A stretch of 64,000 bases of DNA from an uncultured Acidobacteriota bacterium (GCA_963746905.1 CAVVCY010000003.1:949014-1013013), one strand, 5' to 3'; shown: positions 36,342 through 46,891, numbered from the stretch's first letter. The notes: generated by a model from the letters alone, not told the origin. Numbers and translations are program-made.

Positions 36342-37256
36342 ATGGAACCGTCATCCAAGATATGGGTGGACGGCGAGTTCGTCGATTGGGACGACGCAAC
36401 CGTTCATTTCCTCGCACACGGGCTTCACTACGGGACGGGTGTCTTTGAAGGCATTCGCGCCTACAAGACCCCGGAGGGAACCGCCGTATTCAGGCTCCAT
36501 GAGCACATGATCCGCCTGGTGGCATCGGCTCGCGCCTACGGCATCCCGATGCCCTGGAACGTCGATCAGATGGATGAGGCTTGCCTCGAACTGCTCAGGG
36601 TCAATGAGCTCGAATCCGCTTACATCCGCCCCCTATCCTTCTACGGCGCCGGGGCCTTCGGCATCAATCCGGCGAACAGCCCGGTGCATACCTACATGGC
36701 TGCGTTCTTTCTCGGCAGCTATATGGGCGAGGAGGGCATCCAGAAAGGGATCACCACCATGGTTTCCAGCTGGCGCCGGATCTCACATACCAGCTTCATA
36801 CCGACGGCCAAGGGCAGCGGCCAGTATCTCAATTCCGTGCTCGCCAAGCAGGAGGCCCTTGCCGCCGGCTTCGACGAGGCGATCATGCTCAACGATGGAG
36901 GGTCGCTCTCGGAGGGGAGCGGGATGAACCTGTTCACGGTGAGCGGTGATGTTGTCTACACCCCACCGGTCTCGTCGGGGATTCTCGAGGGCATAACCCG
37001 GAACAGCGTCATCCAGTTGCTGAGAGCCGAAGGTGTTGAAGTCAGAGAGATGGATCTTGCCCGGGGGAGTCTTTACACCGCCGATGAGGTGTTTCTCACC
37101 GGCACCGCCGCCGAGGTCACCCCGGTGCGCGAGATCGACCGACGGGTGGTAGGCAACGGTGAGCCTGGACCGGTGACTCGCAAGGCACAGGACATGTTCT
37201 CTGACGCGGTGGCAGGAAAGCTTTCGGACTATCGGGACTGGCTGACCTTCGCCTGA
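36342..37256 (+). CDS. ilvE: branched-chain amino acid aminotransferase
   Basis: ORF 36237..37256 trimmed to Met36. IWVDGEFVDWDDATVHFLAHGLHYGTGVFEGIRAY ... GSGQYLNSVLAKQEA ... EGITRNSVI. Confidence 0.9.
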   Translation: MEPSSKIWVDGEFVDWDDATVHFLAHGLHYGTGVFEGIRAYKTPEGTAVFRLHEHMIRLVASARAYGIPMPWNVDQMDEACLELLRVNELESAYIRPLSFYGAGAFGINPANSPVHTYMAAFFLGSYMGEEGIQKGITTMVSSWRRISHTSFIPTAKGSGQYLNSVLAKQEALAAGFDEAIMLNDGGSLSEGSGMNLFTVSGDVVYTPPVSSGILEGITRNSVIQLLRAEGVEVREMDLARGSLYTADEVFLTGTAAEVTPVREIDRRVVGNGEPGPVTRKAQDMFSDAVAGKLSDYRDWLTFA

Positions 37257-37765
37257 TGGGTCAACAGCCGAATCAGGAGATCACCGAGGGCGAGAGGCCC
37301 AGAGAGACTCCGGAGACACCTCCCGCCCGAAGGTGGCGCCCGACCAAGCCTGGAGTCATCACCTCGCCGGATCAGGTCCCCAAGGGCGGGCGCTTCGGCG
37401 CTGCGGGCCCCGACGCCGGCTGGGCGCTGCGGCTCCTCAGCTTCTCCGAATTGCCCGATGACGACCCCAATCTTCGTGGTGTCCTTGCGGGCCTGATGAC
37501 GGCACGGGCCGCCGCTCTCGGGCGAGCCCCTGTCAAGGAGGATCTCGAGGTAGCGCTGGTGTTGTGCGGATACGGCTTCGAGGCGCCCCCGGAGGTAGTG
37601 GCGACGAGGGAACGCTGGAAGGCCGCCGTTCCCCACGAGGCCAGACCAGGTCAGACGGCAGTGGCCGAGACCGACAAGGAGTTGATCGTCAACAAGCCAG
37701 AACAGGTCCGTTGGGCCTTGACCCGCGCCGAGCGACCGCAAGGCGAGCCCGGCGCCGTCAGCTAG
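37256..37765 (+). CDS. hypothetical protein
   Basis: ORF track. The ATG shares one base with the ilvE stop. Composition looks coding in the C-terminal two-thirds. No family recognised. Confidence 0.55.
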   Translation: MGQQPNQEITEGERPRETPETPPARRWRPTKPGVITSPDQVPKGGRFGAAGPDAGWALRLLSFSELPDDDPNLRGVLAGLMTARAAALGRAPVKEDLEVALVLCGYGFEAPPEVVATRERWKAAVPHEARPGQTAVAETDKELIVNKPEQVRWALTRAERPQGEPGAVS

Positions 37766-37778
37766 CGTCCGTCGCCTC

Positions 37779-38540
37779 ATGAAGATCGTTCGCGTCAAGG
37801 CTGGAGATGACATTTCGTACGGTGTGGCCGATGCCGAAGGGGTGCTCGTCTACCGGGGGACACCATTTGTTGCGTGGGAGCCGACCGAGACGGTGGTTCC
37901 CTGGGATCGAGTCCAACTGCTCGCACCTGTCATTCCAACCAAGGTGGTATGTGTTGGGCTCAACTACACGGACCACGTCGGTGAGATGGGCGACAACTTG
38001 CCAAAGGAGCCCCTGATCTTCCTGAAACCCGCCACCGCGGTGGTGGGGCCAGATGCCTCGGTGGTCCTGCCACCAGCATCCAGCGAGGTGCATCACGAGG
38101 CCGAGCTGGCAGCTGTCATCAACAGGGTGGCCCGGAATGTGCGAGCCGAGGACGCATCGCAATACATCCTCGGCTACACCGCGGCCAATGACGTTTCAGC
38201 ACGAGATCTACAGAAGAAGGACGGCCAATGGGCTCGGGCCAAGGGCTTTGACACTTTCTGCCCGCTGGGCCCGGCGATCGAGACCGAGATTGACCCGCTC
38301 GAGCGTCTCGCCGTGATCTGCCGGGTCAACGGAGAGGTGCGTCAGGCCGGCTTCACGTCGGACATGGTGTTTGGAGTGGCCGAGATCTTTGAGTTCGTCA
38401 CCACGGTGATGACACTGCTTCCGGGCGACGTGATTCTGACCGGGACCCCGGCCGGAGTGGGAAGGATCGACCACGGCGACACCGTGGAAGTGGAGATCGA
38501 TGGAATCGGGACTTTGAGCAACCCGGTTGTGCGGCGGTGA
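37779..38540 (+). CDS. fumarylacetoacetate hydrolase family protein
   Basis: [16 protein letters not shown] ... [10 protein letters not shown] ... [10 protein letters not shown] ... [16 protein letters not shown]. Its position upstream of gltX is as in mycobacteria. Confidence 0.9.
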   Translation: MKIVRVKAGDDISYGVADAEGVLVYRGTPFVAWEPTETVVPWDRVQLLAPVIPTKVVCVGLNYTDHVGEMGDNLPKEPLIFLKPATAVVGPDASVVLPPASSEVHHEAELAAVINRVARNVRAEDASQYILGYTAANDVSARDLQKKDGQWARAKGFDTFCPLGPAIETEIDPLERLAVICRVNGEVRQAGFTSDMVFGVAEIFEFVTTVMTLLPGDVILTGTPAGVGRIDHGDTVEVEIDGIGTLSNPVVRR

Positions 38541-39995
38541 CGGTTCGGGTTCGGATCGCTCCTTCCCCGACCGGGCACCTCCACGTCGGCACCGCCCGTG
38601 CCGCACTCTTCAACTGGCTCTTCGCACGGCATAACGACGGGATCTTCATCGTCCGCATCGACGACACCGATCGCGAGCGCTCGACGACGGAGTTCGAGAC
38701 GGACATCCTCGATTCTCTGCGCTGGCTGGGACTCCAGTGGGACGAGGGAGTCGAGGTGGGGGGACCACATGGCACCTACCGCCAATCGGACCGTTACGAC
38801 CGGTACCGGGAGGCAGCCGCCGGGCTGGTCGCGAGCGGGGCGGCCTATTACGACAATCGGACGCCCGACGAGCTCGAAGAACTTCGCTATCGCGCCCAGG
38901 GCGAGGGAAAGCACCCCGGTCATTACATCCGGCGCCCGGAGTCGGCGGCCGGCGAGCGGGGCGATCCGGGTCTCGATCCCTCAGGATGCGCCCGTGGTCT
39001 TCGAGGACCTGGTGCGTGGAAAGGTGAGTTTCGAGCCACGTGACATCGACGACTTCGTCATCTTGCGCAGCGACGGCACTCCCACCTATCACCTCGCATC
39101 GACGGTGGATGACGTCGATTACGAGATCACACACGTCGCCCGTGGCGAGGATCTGCTCCCGTCGACGCCCAAGCACATCCTTCTCTCCAGGGCGCTCGGC
39201 GCCACCGAGCCGACCTATGCCCATTTGCCCCTGCTGTTCGGCACGGACGGGAAGAAGCTCTCCAAGCGCTTCGCCGCCGTCTCACTCTCGGTTTACCGCG
39301 ATCAGGGCTATCTGGCCGACGCGGTGTTCAATTACTTGTCGTTGCTCGGTTGGTCTCTCGGACCGGAGGCCACCCTCTTCAGCAGAAGTGATGCGATTGC
39401 GGCCTTCGACCTGCGCGACGTTTCCAGCAACCCGGCGACCTTCGATCCCGACAAACTCGCCTGGATGAATGGCGAATACGTAAGGGCGCTGCCGACCGAG
39501 CAGTTCCTGGAGCTCGTGGCGCCCTATGTGGAGTCAGCTGTCGGCCGACCGCTGGAGCCCGAGGAGTGGAGCAGATTCGAGTCTGTGGCGGCGCTGGTGC
39601 AGGAGCGCACCCGCCTCTTGCCCGACGCGGGAGAGCAGGTGGTGTTCCTGTTCGAGGACTTCGAGGAGTACGACGAGGCCTCGTGGCAGAAGGTGATGGC
39701 CAAGGACGGAGTCGCCGCGATCCTCGAGGAGGCCAACAACCGTCTCGAACCCATCGACGACTGGGATGTCGGGAAGATCGAGCCTGCTCTCAGGGGGATG
39801 CTCGACGAGTTGGGGATCGGCGCCGCCAAAGGACTGCAACCACTCCGGGTTGCCGTGACCGGGTCCTCGGTGAGCCCACCCCTTTTCGAATCGATGGCGG
39901 CATTGGGAAAGGCGAGGACCTTGGAGCGACTCAAGAGGGCCATCAGGGTCTTGAACGGAACGGTCAACGGTCAACGGAAAGCGGAAAGCGGATAA
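38537..39995 (+). pseudogene. gltX: glutamate--tRNA ligase, frameshifted as sequenced (+1 nt in the GGGG run at 38958-38961)
   Basis: The N-terminal 141 codons are in the frame of ORF 38537..39043 ([26 protein letters not shown] motif). The rest is in the frame of ORF 38598..39995 ([24 protein letters not shown] ... DGKKLSKRF, KMSKS-like). Removing one G from the run restores ...AAGERAIRVSIP... Confidence 0.85.
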
Positions 39996-40028
39996 CCAAG
40001 TCGGCCCCGGTATCCTCTGGTCCTTCCA

Positions 40029-40101
40029 GGTCCCGTCGTCCAGAGGCCCAGGACGCCGGCCTTTCAAGCCGGAAACGCCGGTTCGAATCCGGTCGGGACT
40101 G
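40029..40101 (+). tRNA. tRNA-Glu (anticodon TTC)
   Basis: Same fold as the copy at 10414. It differs in one D-loop base and in the anticodon loop (CTTTCAA). The 3' CCA is not encoded (GCCC). Lies 33 nt after the gltX stop. Confidence 0.9.
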
Positions 40102-40115
40102 CCCCTAAGAGAAGC

Positions 40116-40652
40116 GTGATGTCAGTCGAAGCCACTCTGATCTACAACAACGTCCTCGCCATACTCGCCCTGGTTGCTTTGGTCGCTGCCGTCGGCCTCC
40201 TCGTCTATCGGATGGTGAAAGGGCCCGAGGCGGCCGGGCTCCTCGGAGGCAGCGCGATCTGGCTGACCTGGATCGTCGCCCTTGTGTGCACCGTTGGCTC
40301 CTTGATCTACTCCGAGGTCATCCACTTCGTGCCCTGTCGTCTCTGCTGGTTCCAACGAATCGCCATGTACCCGCTGGCTTTCATACTCCTGGTTGGTGCC
40401 ATTCGCAGGGAAGCGGTGGTCAGGTATTACGCCCTTCCACTGGCTCTTACCGGGCTGGCGGTGTCGATCTATCACAACCTGGTCCAGCTCAACCCGAGCC
40501 TGGAGGGCGGCTCCTGCGATCCGCTCAATCCCTGCTCGGCGCGCACCATCGAAGTGTTCGGTTTCATCGACCTCCCGTTTATGGCCGGCGCCGCGTTTAT
40601 CTTGATCTCCACCTTGCTCGCCTTCTATGTGAAAACTGAGAACTACCAATGA
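40116..40652 (+). CDS. disulfide bond formation protein B (BdbC/DsbB family)
   Basis: Four TM helices with CRLCWFQRIAMYP and a second Cys pair (GGSCDPLNPC). Confidence 0.8.
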   Translation: MMSVEATLIYNNVLAILALVALVAAVGLLVYRMVKGPEAAGLLGGSAIWLTWIVALVCTVGSLIYSEVIHFVPCRLCWFQRIAMYPLAFILLVGAIRREAVVRYYALPLALTGLAVSIYHNLVQLNPSLEGGSCDPLNPCSARTIEVFGFIDLPFMAGAAFILISTLLAFYVKTENYQ

Positions 40653-41305
40653 CGCAACGCACCTCGAAGAAGCCTCCGCCCAAACCGACGCGCAACCTGA
40701 GCACCCTTTGGTGGATCCTTGGCGGAGTGGTCTTGCTGGCACTGATCGTCCTCCTCGCGATTTCGATCGCGGGCGAAGGGGAGATCGACACGACAGTCGG
40801 CTACGGGGAGGTCACCATGGACGGTGACCCTCTCCCCACCTACTCCGACCCGAGCAATGACCCGGCAGCGGGAATGACACTGGCCACTATCAGCGGCGGT
40901 GACTGGAATGACAACCAGTACACGATCGCACCCGACGGGACCCCCAAGATCGTGGTCCTTCTCGCCCACTGGTGCCCTCACTGCCAGGCCGAAGTTCCCG
41001 TCATCCAACAGTGGGTGAACGACGGAAATCTGCCCGATGGGATCGACATGTACTCAGTGACGGTGTTCACCGACCCGCTGCGGGGCAATTGGCCACCTCA
41101 GGAATGGTTGGAGGGGGCAGGTTGGACTACCCCGGTGATCATGGACGACGACGCCGGCACCGCTGCGGTCGCCTTCGGGATGGCAAGCACCCCGATGTAC
41201 GTGGTTCTCGACGGGAACAACAAGGTGGTGCAGAGAGTGTCGGGCGAGATCGGCACCGACGGTCTGGACGCGTTGTCGCTGCTCGCCCTGCAGGCCTCCG
41301 GTTGA
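40649..41305 (+). CDS. membrane-anchored thioredoxin-fold thiol-disulfide oxidoreductase (TlpA/DsbA-like)
   Basis: N-terminal TM helix plus the AHWCPHCQAEVP active site. ATGA overlap with the dsbB-like gene. Confidence 0.8.
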   Translation: MTQRTSKKPPPKPTRNLSTLWWILGGVVLLALIVLLAISIAGEGEIDTTVGYGEVTMDGDPLPTYSDPSNDPAAGMTLATISGGDWNDNQYTIAPDGTPKIVVLLAHWCPHCQAEVPVIQQWVNDGNLPDGIDMYSVTVFTDPLRGNWPPQEWLEGAGWTTPVIMDDDAGTAAVAFGMASTPMYVVLDGNNKVVQRVSGEIGTDGLDALSLLALQASG

Positions 41306-41308
41306 GAA

Positions 41309-41749
41309 TCAGGTCTCGAGAGACCGGATCTTCTCCAATCGGCGAACGTGCCGTTCCTCGCGGCTGAACTTCGCCTCCAGAAATGTGGTCACCAGATCTT
41401 GAGCCAGCGAGAGGCCGATCACCCTCGAGCCGAGGCAGATGACATTCACATCGTCGTGCTCAACCATCTGATGTGCCGTGTAGGAGTCGTGGGCCACCGC
41501 GGCCCGGATCCCGTTGAGTTTGTTGGCGGCTACCGATGCTCCAGCCCCTGAGCCGCAGATGATGATGCCACGGTCGGCCCGCCCGTCGAGGACGGCCTGG
41601 CCCACGGCGGCCGCATAGTCGGGATAGTCGACCGGTTCCGCAGAATGGGTGCCGAGGTCGTAGACGGCATGACCGGACTCGGCGAGCCAGGATGCCAGGT
41701 GTTCCTTCATCGAGTATCCGGCGTGGTCAGAGCCGAGTGCGATTCTCAT
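41309..41749 (-). CDS. rpiB: ribose-5-phosphate isomerase B
   Basis: ORF 41309..41911 trimmed to Met55. MRIALGSDHAGYSMKEHL ... GIIICGSGAGASVAANK ... DDVNVICLGSRVIG. Confidence 0.9.
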   Translation of the reverse strand: MRIALGSDHAGYSMKEHLASWLAESGHAVYDLGTHSAEPVDYPDYAAAVGQAVLDGRADRGIIICGSGAGASVAANKLNGIRAAVAHDSYTAHQMVEHDDVNVICLGSRVIGLSLAQDLVTTFLEAKFSREERHVRRLEKIRSLET

Positions 41750-41831
41750 GGCCGCGGCAGGGTAGCCACGCCACTCAGGGTGACCGGAGCCAACCTGAGG
41801 TTGGGGGCGCATGGTGGTTACATTCGACGCA

Positions 41832-43082
41832 ATGTCCGTGATCGTCGTCGAGGGTGGAGCGCGTCTCCAAGGAACCGTTGGTGTGCGCGGGGCGAAGAAC
41901 GCCGTGCTCAAAGAGATGGTTTCCGCGCTGCTCGCTCCCGGCAGGCATCACCTCACCAACGTCCCAACCATCCTCGACGTCGACCTCATGTCCCAGGTTC
42001 TCGAACACCTCGGGTGTCGGATCGAGCAGGGCGACAACGAGTTGTGGGTGGTGGTCCCCGAAGATCTGCACCCCGAGGCTCCCATCGAGCTGGTACGTCA
42101 GATGCGAGCCTCGATAGTCGTGCTGGCGCCGCTCCTGGCACGGACCGGTTTCGCCAGGGTGGCCCTGCCCGGTGGGGATGACCTGGGAGCGCGGCCGATC
42201 GACATGCACCTCAGTGGCATGGAGTCGATGGGAGCGGAATTCGATCTGGTCCACGGCGAGCTCGTTGGAAGGGTCGACGGTCGATTCAAAGGAACGGAAG
42301 TCGAACTGCCCTTCCCCTCGGTCGGTGCCACTGAGAGCCTCCTCTTCGCAGGCGTGACAGCGGAGGGAGAGACGGTGATAGTCAATGCGGCGCGCGAGCC
42401 CGAAATCCAGGACTTGATCGACCAGCTACTGGCGATGGGTGCCGACATCGAGGGCGGCGGTACCTCGTTGGTGACGATCACCGGTGTCGAAAGCCTCTCC
42501 GCGGTCGAGCATCGGGTGATCCCCGACCGGCTCGAAGCCGGGACCTACGCCGTGGCCGCAGCGATCACCGGTGGAGACGTGACCGTGACCGGGTGCTCCC
42601 CAGCCGACCTCAGGATGGAGCTGAAGAAGATCGAGGAGACCGGTGCCGGCGTCGAGCGGGGAGACGGTTGGCTCCGAGTGACCGGACCCGAGCGGCCCGC
42701 CCCGGTCGACTTTGCGACCCTTCCGTTCCCTGGCTTTCACACCGACATGCACCCTCAGATGGTGGCGTTGCTATCAGTTGCCTCGGGGACCTCGGTCATT
42801 ACCGAGAACCTCTATGACTCCCGTTTCCGCTACGTCGGCGAGCTGGCCCGTATGGGAGCCGACATCACGACCGAGTCCCAACATGCGATCGTCCGCGGCG
42901 TCGAACAACTCTCCGGATGCCCGGTGCTGGCGCCTGATATCCGGGCGGGTGCCGCGCTCGTGCTCGCTGGTTTGCGTGCCGAGGGGACCACGTCGGTGGC
43001 AGAGGCCGAGCACATCGACCGTGGGTATGAGGACTTCACCGGTCGCCTCGAATCGTTGGGGGCGCGGATCTCGAGGAAGTGA
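41832..43082 (+). CDS. murA: UDP-N-acetylglucosamine 1-carboxyvinyltransferase
   Basis: VVEGGARLQGTVGVRGAKNAVLKEM ... LPGGDDLGARPIDMHL ... typical MurA. Start at ATG 41832, or 41811 as in the ORF track. Confidence 0.9.
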   Translation: MSVIVVEGGARLQGTVGVRGAKNAVLKEMVSALLAPGRHHLTNVPTILDVDLMSQVLEHLGCRIEQGDNELWVVVPEDLHPEAPIELVRQMRASIVVLAPLLARTGFARVALPGGDDLGARPIDMHLSGMESMGAEFDLVHGELVGRVDGRFKGTEVELPFPSVGATESLLFAGVTAEGETVIVNAAREPEIQDLIDQLLAMGADIEGGGTSLVTITGVESLSAVEHRVIPDRLEAGTYAVAAAITGGDVTVTGCSPADLRMELKKIEETGAGVERGDGWLRVTGPERPAPVDFATLPFPGFHTDMHPQMVALLSVASGTSVITENLYDSRFRYVGELARMGADITTESQHAIVRGVEQLSGCPVLAPDIRAGAALVLAGLRAEGTTSVAEAEHIDRGYEDFTGRLESLGARISRK

Positions 43083-43154
43083 CTCGATTGGGCCAGCCCC
43101 GGCGGCACCGTAGAATCGGGAAGAGTTGACCCCAAGGACCGGTTCTACCTGACG

Positions 43155-43526
43155 ATGACATCGATCACCCCAGTCACCATCAATTCATCGAGCGCGCCGG
43201 ATCGAATCGAAATCGACCAGGGCAAACTCGCTGAGACACTGGAGTACATCCGGCCGGCCGTTCAGGCCGACGGCGGTGACTTGATCCTGCTCGGGACCGA
43301 CGGCGGCACCGTGAACATTCAGATGGTCGGCGCCTGCGGAGGTTGCCCGCTGTCGATGATGACCTTGAAGGCCGGGATCGAGCGGATCCTGATTGATCGG
43401 GTTCCCGGCGTCGAAGAGGTCAATGCCAGCGCCGATTCTCCGACCCTCGAAGAGGACGTGTCGATGTCGAAGAACGGTGGGATCACGCTTCCTGGTCACC
43501 TGCTGGCTTCCCCCGATCCAGCCTGA
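43155..43526 (+). CDS. NifU-like (Nfu type) Fe-S cluster protein
   Basis: LEYIRPAVQADGGDLILLGTDGGTVNIQMVGACGGCPLSMMTLKAGIERIL is the NifU C-terminal domain with its CxxC. Confidence 0.85.
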   Translation: MTSITPVTINSSSAPDRIEIDQGKLAETLEYIRPAVQADGGDLILLGTDGGTVNIQMVGACGGCPLSMMTLKAGIERILIDRVPGVEEVNASADSPTLEEDVSMSKNGGITLPGHLLASPDPA

Positions 43527-43547
43527 CCGGTCTTTAGGCTCCATTCC

Positions 43548-44273
43548 ATGAGCTCTAGTGAGCTGATCGACCGCGTCCGTTCTGGTGATCGCGTGGCCTT
43601 GGCCCGATTGGTGACCGCCATCGAAGCGGGTGAGCCCGAAGCGATCGCAGCCGTTTCCTCAGGGAAAGAAGTGGCAGGATCAGTCAGAAGGATCGGGATC
43701 ACCGGGCCGCCCGGCGCGGGCAAGTCGACGCTGATCAGTGCGATCATCGGCGAATTGCGATCACGAGGCCTTTCGGTCGGTGTCCTCGCGGTGGATCCAT
43801 CGAGCCCGCTCACCGGTGGCGCCTTGCTTGGTGATCGGATCAGGATGCAAGAGCACGTCGATGATCCCGATGTCTTCATCCGCTCCATGGCCACCCGGGG
43901 GCACCTCGGTGGATTGGCTCACGCTGCAGAAGCGACCATTGGCGCCTTCGTCGAGGCCGGGTTCGACTATCAGGTAGTGGAGACGGTCGGGGTTGGGCAG
44001 TCCGAAGTGGAAGTCATGGATCTGGTTGATGTGGTGGTCCTCGTGGTTGGCCCGGGCTGGGGTGACCAGGTACAGGCCGAAAAGGCAGGGGTCGTTGAGA
44101 TTGCAGACCTCTTCGTGGTGAACAAAGCGGACCGGCACGGGGTGGATGAGGTACGTCGCGCGCTCATGAGCGCCTTCGGGGAATCAGGGCGGCAGGTCAT
44201 GGTCACTGCCGCCACGATCGGTCAAGGTGTCGAGGCGCTGGTCGACGAGATCGACCGGCTCCTCAACCGCTAG
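43548..44273 (+). CDS. MeaB/ArgK-family G3E GTPase, short form
   Basis: IGITGPPGAGKSTL (P-loop), AVDPSSPLTGGALLGDRIRM, ETVGVGQSE, NKAD. At 241 aa it lacks the C-terminal extension of canonical MeaB. Confidence 0.8.
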   Translation: MSSSELIDRVRSGDRVALARLVTAIEAGEPEAIAAVSSGKEVAGSVRRIGITGPPGAGKSTLISAIIGELRSRGLSVGVLAVDPSSPLTGGALLGDRIRMQEHVDDPDVFIRSMATRGHLGGLAHAAEATIGAFVEAGFDYQVVETVGVGQSEVEVMDLVDVVVLVVGPGWGDQVQAEKAGVVEIADLFVVNKADRHGVDEVRRALMSAFGESGRQVMVTAATIGQGVEALVDEIDRLLNR

Positions 44274-46891
44274 CCATTCAGCGCAGCCTGTGCTGCGGCC
44301 AATCGGGCGCCCTCGATCCGGGGTGGGCTGCAGGACACGTAGTCGAGGCCAAGTTCATGAACGAAGGCAATCGATTCCGGATCGCCGCCGTGCTCTCCAC
44401 AGAGACCCACCGTCAGCGAGGGGTTGGCCTCCCGTCCTTCCTTGGTAGCCACCCGCACCAATCGCCCAACTCCGGCGCGGTCCAAGGTCTGGAATGGGTT
44501 CGAGGCGAGGATGCCCCGTTCCAGGTAGTCACGCAGGAAGAGTCCTTCTGCGTCGTCGCGACTGAGCCCATAGGTCATCTGGGTCAGGTCGTTGGTGCCG
44601 AACGAGAAGAAGTCGGCGGCCTTGGCGATGGCGCCTGCAGTCAGGGCCGCTCGAGGCAGCTCGATCATGGTTCCCACCGGAACCTTCAGCTCGAGCCCTG
44701 ACTCCTCGGCCGCAGCTGCAACCTCCTCCTCGATCATCTCCCGCATCCGGATCAGCTCCTCCACGTCGGCGACGAGGGGGATCATGATCTCGAGCTTGGG
44801 GTTGCCACCTGCCTGGATTCTGGTCACGAGGGCATGACATGCGGCACGGGCCTGCATCCGGTAGAGGTGGTCGACCATGAGACCGAGACGGACCCCGCGT
44901 AGCCCGAGCATCGGGTTGTCCTCTTCCCATCGAGCAACGTGCTCGGACATCGACTGCAGGGCATCTATAGGACGACCCGCCTTGGCGTCGAGACGCATCT
45001 CATGCTCCAGCTCGAAACGGGAGGGAAGAAACTCGTGAAGTGGGGGGTCGAGGAGCCGGATCACAACGGGGAGGCCATCCATGGCCTCGAGCAGACTCTC
45101 GAAATCACCGACCTGGACCTGCTCCAGCTCCTTGAGGGCAATGGCCCTCTCCTCCTCGGAATCGGAGAGGATTATCCGCTGCACGACTTGGAGTCTTTCG
45201 CCGAGGAACATGTGCTCGGTGCGGGCCAATCCGATTCCCTTCGCCCCGTTCTTGCGGGCGATCGCCGCGTCCTTGGCGTTGTCTGCGTTGGCCCACACCT
45301 CCAGGACCCGGTACTCATCGGCCCATTCCAGGAGCTGATGCAGTTCGGGAGGTGACTCGGGGGCGACCACATCCACACTGCCGATGTAGACGGTTCCGGT
45401 ACTGCCATCGATCGTCAGCAGGTCACCGGCCCGGATCTCCCCGGCAGGGGTGCGGGCGACGCCGGCCTCGGCGTCGACCACGAGACCGGCCGCTCCCGTG
45501 ACCGCGGGTTTGCCCATTCCCCTGGCGACGACCGCAGCGTGGGAGGTCTTCCCTCCCTGACTGGTCAGGATCCCAATCGCAGCGGCCATGCCGTGAATGT
45601 CGTTGGGAGTGGTCTCGGGGCGGATCAAGATGACGATCTCGCCCGTCTTCGCCTCGGCTACCGCGTCGTCCGAGGAGAACACTGCTCGCCCGATGGCGGC
45701 TCCGGGGGAGGCGGCGACCCCAGTCACGGCGGCGTCGGACTGCTTGACATGATCTGCGATACGGGGGCGATGCAGCTGCTCCAACGAGGCGGGGGAGACT
45801 CGCTTGACCGCGGTGACTCGATCGATGAGGCCTTCCTCAACCATGGCCACTGCCATCTTGACCGCAGCTGCCGCGGTCCGCTTGCCGGCTCGGGTTTGGA
45901 GGATGTAGAGGACGTCATGCTCGATGGTGAACTCGATGTCACACATGTCCTGATAGTGGGTTTCCAGACCGTCCATGATCTCCAACAGCTGGCGATGGCA
46001 TTTCGGATGGAGCTCTCCAAGCTCATCGAGCGTCAGTGGGTTGCGGATCCCGGCCACGACGTCCTCTCCCTGGGCTCGCGGCAAGTAGTCGCCGTAGACG
46101 AGACGGGCGCCGGTCCCGGGATCTCTGGTGAAACAGACGCCGGTTCCCGAGTCGTCACCGAGGTCACCAAATACCATCATTTGCACATTGGCCGCGGTCC
46201 CCAGGTCGTCGGGGATCGCATTGATCCTCCGGTATTCGATGGCTCGTTTGGTGTTCCAGGAGCTGAACACTGCAGTGATCGCCCCCTTCAGCTGCTCACG
46301 AGGGTTGGTCGGGAGCTGGCCGGGTCGAAGCTTCTCGACGATCGCCTGGAACTGTCGAGTGGCAACTTCGAGGTGGGCGGCGTCGAGCTCCGAATCGTCC
46401 GTTACGCCTGCTGACGTCCTGAGCTCGCCGAGAACATCCTGGAACAGGACCTCGTCCACTCCAAGGACCACATCACCGTACATCTGGACGAAGCGGCGGT
46501 AGGCATCCCAGGCGAAGTGAGGGTCCCCTGACCAGTCGATCAAGGCCTCGACGACGTCGTCGTTGATCCCGAGGTTCAAGACCGTGTCCATCATCCCGGG
46601 CATGGAGAACTTGGACCCGGATCTGACGGAGAGGAGGATCGGCACCGGGCCTCCCCCGAAGTGGCGCCCGGTCTTGTCTTCGAGGCGAGCTATCGCGGAG
46701 TCGACCTCGCCCCAAAGGTCTACAGGCACGCGCCCGTCTCTCATGGTGAGACGGCAGGCTTCGGTGGTGATGGTGAACCCCGGAGGGACCGGAAGGCCGA
46801 GTGAGGTCATCCTCGCCAAGCCAGCCCCCTTGCCACCCAATAGGTCCGGGTCCGATCCGTCGGTGATTGAGAAGTCGAAGAGATGGGGCAA
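44270..46891 (-). CDS. ppdK: pyruvate, phosphate dikinase
   Basis: 873 aa. LLGGKGAGLARM, phospho-His region GGKTSHAAVVARGMGKP, C-terminal PEP-utilising TIM barrel (FFSFGTNDLTQMT). Confidence 0.95.
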   Translation of the reverse strand: MPHLFDFSITDGSDPDLLGGKGAGLARMTSLGLPVPPGFTITTEACRLTMRDGRVPVDLWGEVDSAIARLEDKTGRHFGGGPVPILLSVRSGSKFSMPGMMDTVLNLGINDDVVEALIDWSGDPHFAWDAYRRFVQMYGDVVLGVDEVLFQDVLGELRTSAGVTDDSELDAAHLEVATRQFQAIVEKLRPGQLPTNPREQLKGAITAVFSSWNTKRAIEYRRINAIPDDLGTAANVQMMVFGDLGDDSGTGVCFTRDPGTGARLVYGDYLPRAQGEDVVAGIRNPLTLDELGELHPKCHRQLLEIMDGLETHYQDMCDIEFTIEHDVLYILQTRAGKRTAAAAVKMAVAMVEEGLIDRVTAVKRVSPASLEQLHRPRIADHVKQSDAAVTGVAASPGAAIGRAVFSSDDAVAEAKTGEIVILIRPETTPNDIHGMAAAIGILTSQGGKTSHAAVVARGMGKPAVTGAAGLVVDAEAGVARTPAGEIRAGDLLTIDGSTGTVYIGSVDVVAPESPPELHQLLEWADEYRVLEVWANADNAKDAAIARKNGAKGIGLARTEHMFLGERLQVVQRIILSDSEEERAIALKELEQVQVGDFESLLEAMDGLPVVIRLLDPPLHEFLPSRFELEHEMRLDAKAGRPIDALQSMSEHVARWEEDNPMLGLRGVRLGLMVDHLYRMQARAACHALVTRIQAGGNPKLEIMIPLVADVEELIRMREMIEEEVAAAAEESGLELKVPVGTMIELPRAALTAGAIAKAADFFSFGTNDLTQMTYGLSRDDAEGLFLRDYLERGILASNPFQTLDRAGVGRLVRVATKEGREANPSLTVGLCGEHGGDPESIAFVHELGLDYVSCSPPRIEGARLAAAQAALNG

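Noticed and set aside
38958-38961. Programmed ribosomal frameshifting in gltX
   Set aside because: There is no slippery heptamer or downstream structure. Similar disruptions at short nucleotide runs occur in unrelated genes in the window, so sequence error is the simpler explanation.
10490-40028. 29.5-kb segment bounded by two nearly identical tRNA-Glu genes as a possible integrated island
   Set aside because: The two copies are complete isoacceptors (CTC and TTC anticodons), not a tRNA plus a partial att repeat. The segment contains housekeeping genes (hppA, rnhA, ilvE, gltX). No integrase is present.
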